From contig NC_135667.1 of the NCBI RefSeq assembly GCF_964188315.1, positions 20,150,001-20,214,000 of the forward strand: 64,000 nucleotides of DNA, in the 5' to 3' direction. The notes beneath the pieces are model-generated. The model saw nothing but the letters and a program-made list of their open reading frames with translations. It was not told where the DNA came from and searched no databases. Shown here in pieces: positions 62,344 through 64,000 of the stretch (positions are counted from its first letter, which is position 1; each line of letters opens with the position of its first letter). Position numbers and translations under genes: made by a program. Origin of the DNA: Podarcis muralis. Taxonomy: Eukaryota.

Positions 62344-63605
62344 AGAAGAGAGACTCTGTTGCACAGTTGGGAGTGCAAAACCCCCCTTTTTGAGTCTGGG
62401 TATTTTCCCAAGCTGCAAGATAAATTCTGATGGCCATGCCCCTCACCCATTTTCAGCTGGAGGGCGAAGGTCGTTTTGAGTTCTTACTGTCAATTATTTT
62501 ACTATTTTTAAAAACTGGGACGTTGCATCCAGTATGAGGATTTGTAACCACATTTGATGTTCTGTTGCTTCTTGCCCCTTCATTATTATTTTTTAAAAAG
62601 ATCATCTTGTTTCTGGTCCTTAGGATTATAGAGGTCACTCCTAAGTGTGACCTGGTGTAGACTGATCCTGCAGGTTAGATGGAAGGGTTAGCACGAAGCC
62701 AGTGTCTCAGTCAGAACCTTAGGGGCCTTTCTCATTTTTTGTAGCATTTTACCCACCTTGGTTCTCCATGAGACTGAAGAGGAAGCCACATAGACTTGGC
62801 ACCATTGTCTTTTTGCTAGCAGAGGAATAAAGTTAACCTTGGACAGAAGGTGATCTGCTGAAGGTGGCAATGAGTAATGCCAAAAGAGAAAATGTGGAAA
62901 GCCAAACCCTCTCCGTAGCTGAATATTTCACCCCACTATTAAAATAGATGGTGCTCAGTTATTTTTCTTCTGGGTGGTTGAAATTCTGTATTAAGTTGGT
63001 TTCTCTCTCTCTGGTTTTCATTTGGGCTGTTATAACTTCTGAGCAACAGCTCCCACTTTAAAATGAATGGGGAAATGTACTTTTGCTCAGCAAGTTTTAT
63101 AAAAAATGTGTGGTGATGGGGAGATATCAACAAGTTATGAGAGGTACTTTTAAATGGCTGTACAGCTTCCACCATCCAAAGGCAGTGGCACCTGTTTGTG
63201 AAAAAACAACTGTTGGAGATAGCTGAATATTTGCACCATAGAAGTGTCCTAAATTAACCTGCCTCTGTTGCTCTCCTTTACTAATTGGTTCTTGGGAGTA
63301 TAGCGATGTCGACTCTCTTTATAAACAGAAGGGAGGAATATGATCCAAAGGTCTCTTAATCATCCCTCTTTTTTTAGTCTCCTGCATAGTCCTGGGGTTG
63401 CTTGGATGGGTTGAAATATAGGTACTTAAATGCTGGCATGGAGAGAAAAGAGTCTGAATTTATTATCCTGTTAGTGTTTATAAGCCATCGAAATTACGTT
63501 CTGTCATTATTTGATCTTATTCTCTTCCCCCCATCCCACCCCAAAATCCCACCCTTGGAATCCTGTGTTGATTTGGTCTTTTTCCATGGTCCTGAGGATC
63601 TGTAC

Positions 63606-63630
63606 AATAAATGCCACCACTTGGAATAAA
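63606..63630 (+). terminator. Tandem AATAAA signals in the RAS 3' UTR
   Basis: AATAAA at 63606 and 63625, plus one at 62826. Confidence 0.45.
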
Positions 63631-64000
63631 CCTGTGAATAAGCTACCTGATCTACAAGACCTGACTTTTTCTAAAGGGTATGTGTGGTAGATTTATGGTA
63701 GTTTTCTGGTTATCTTTCTTGGAACAGATTGTTTTGGGAAACTGCAAAACATGTGGAGGCTTTCAAGGAAATTGTAGTTGTCTGTTCACAATGGTGCTAG
63801 AATCAGCAAAGCCTTCTATCAGAATATGGTACCTTTCAGCCAGGAGTTGCCTTTGTTTAGCTCAACTCCCTATTTTGTGGATTTTCTCCCCCACCCTCAT
63901 GTGCTTCTCAAGAACATGTACCTATTTGGGTTGCATCTATCTAGTTCTGTTCTTATTGTTTCCATCCAACTTTTTTGAACGTGATTTTTTTCAACAGAAA

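Overview
Vertebrate genomic DNA, probably a squamate (lacertid-type) lizard, judged from its Sauria SINEs, BovB, CR1, L2 and hAT/Tigger MITEs. Five spliced genes were reconstructed by hand: (1) the last two exons of an SLC1A2/EAAT2-like transporter paralog (+, probably SLC1A9); (2) GFY (-); (3) PTH2/TIP39 (+); (4) a five-coding-exon galanin-family precursor (-, 121 aa) that the ORF track splits into fragments, encoding a non-amidated 27-mer with His in place of the conserved Pro13; (5) a KRAS4B-like RAS ending in CIIL (+, probably KRASBL, which mammals and birds lack). The most striking structure is a 1.6-kb hAT element (25004-26616) with perfect 15-bp TIRs and an 8-bp TSD. It carries the 5' region and a truncated exon 1 of SIX5, i.e. 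a Pack-hAT gene-capture event about 0.6 kb upstream of the PTH2 TATA box. Also present: a 7.1-kb non-coding ERV with apparently identical 883-bp LTRs, a 5'-inverted LINE insertion with a 14-bp TSD, a solo LTR, a fold-back repeat and one assembly gap. All coordinates were counted by hand. Gene names rest on remembered homologue sequences, not database searches.
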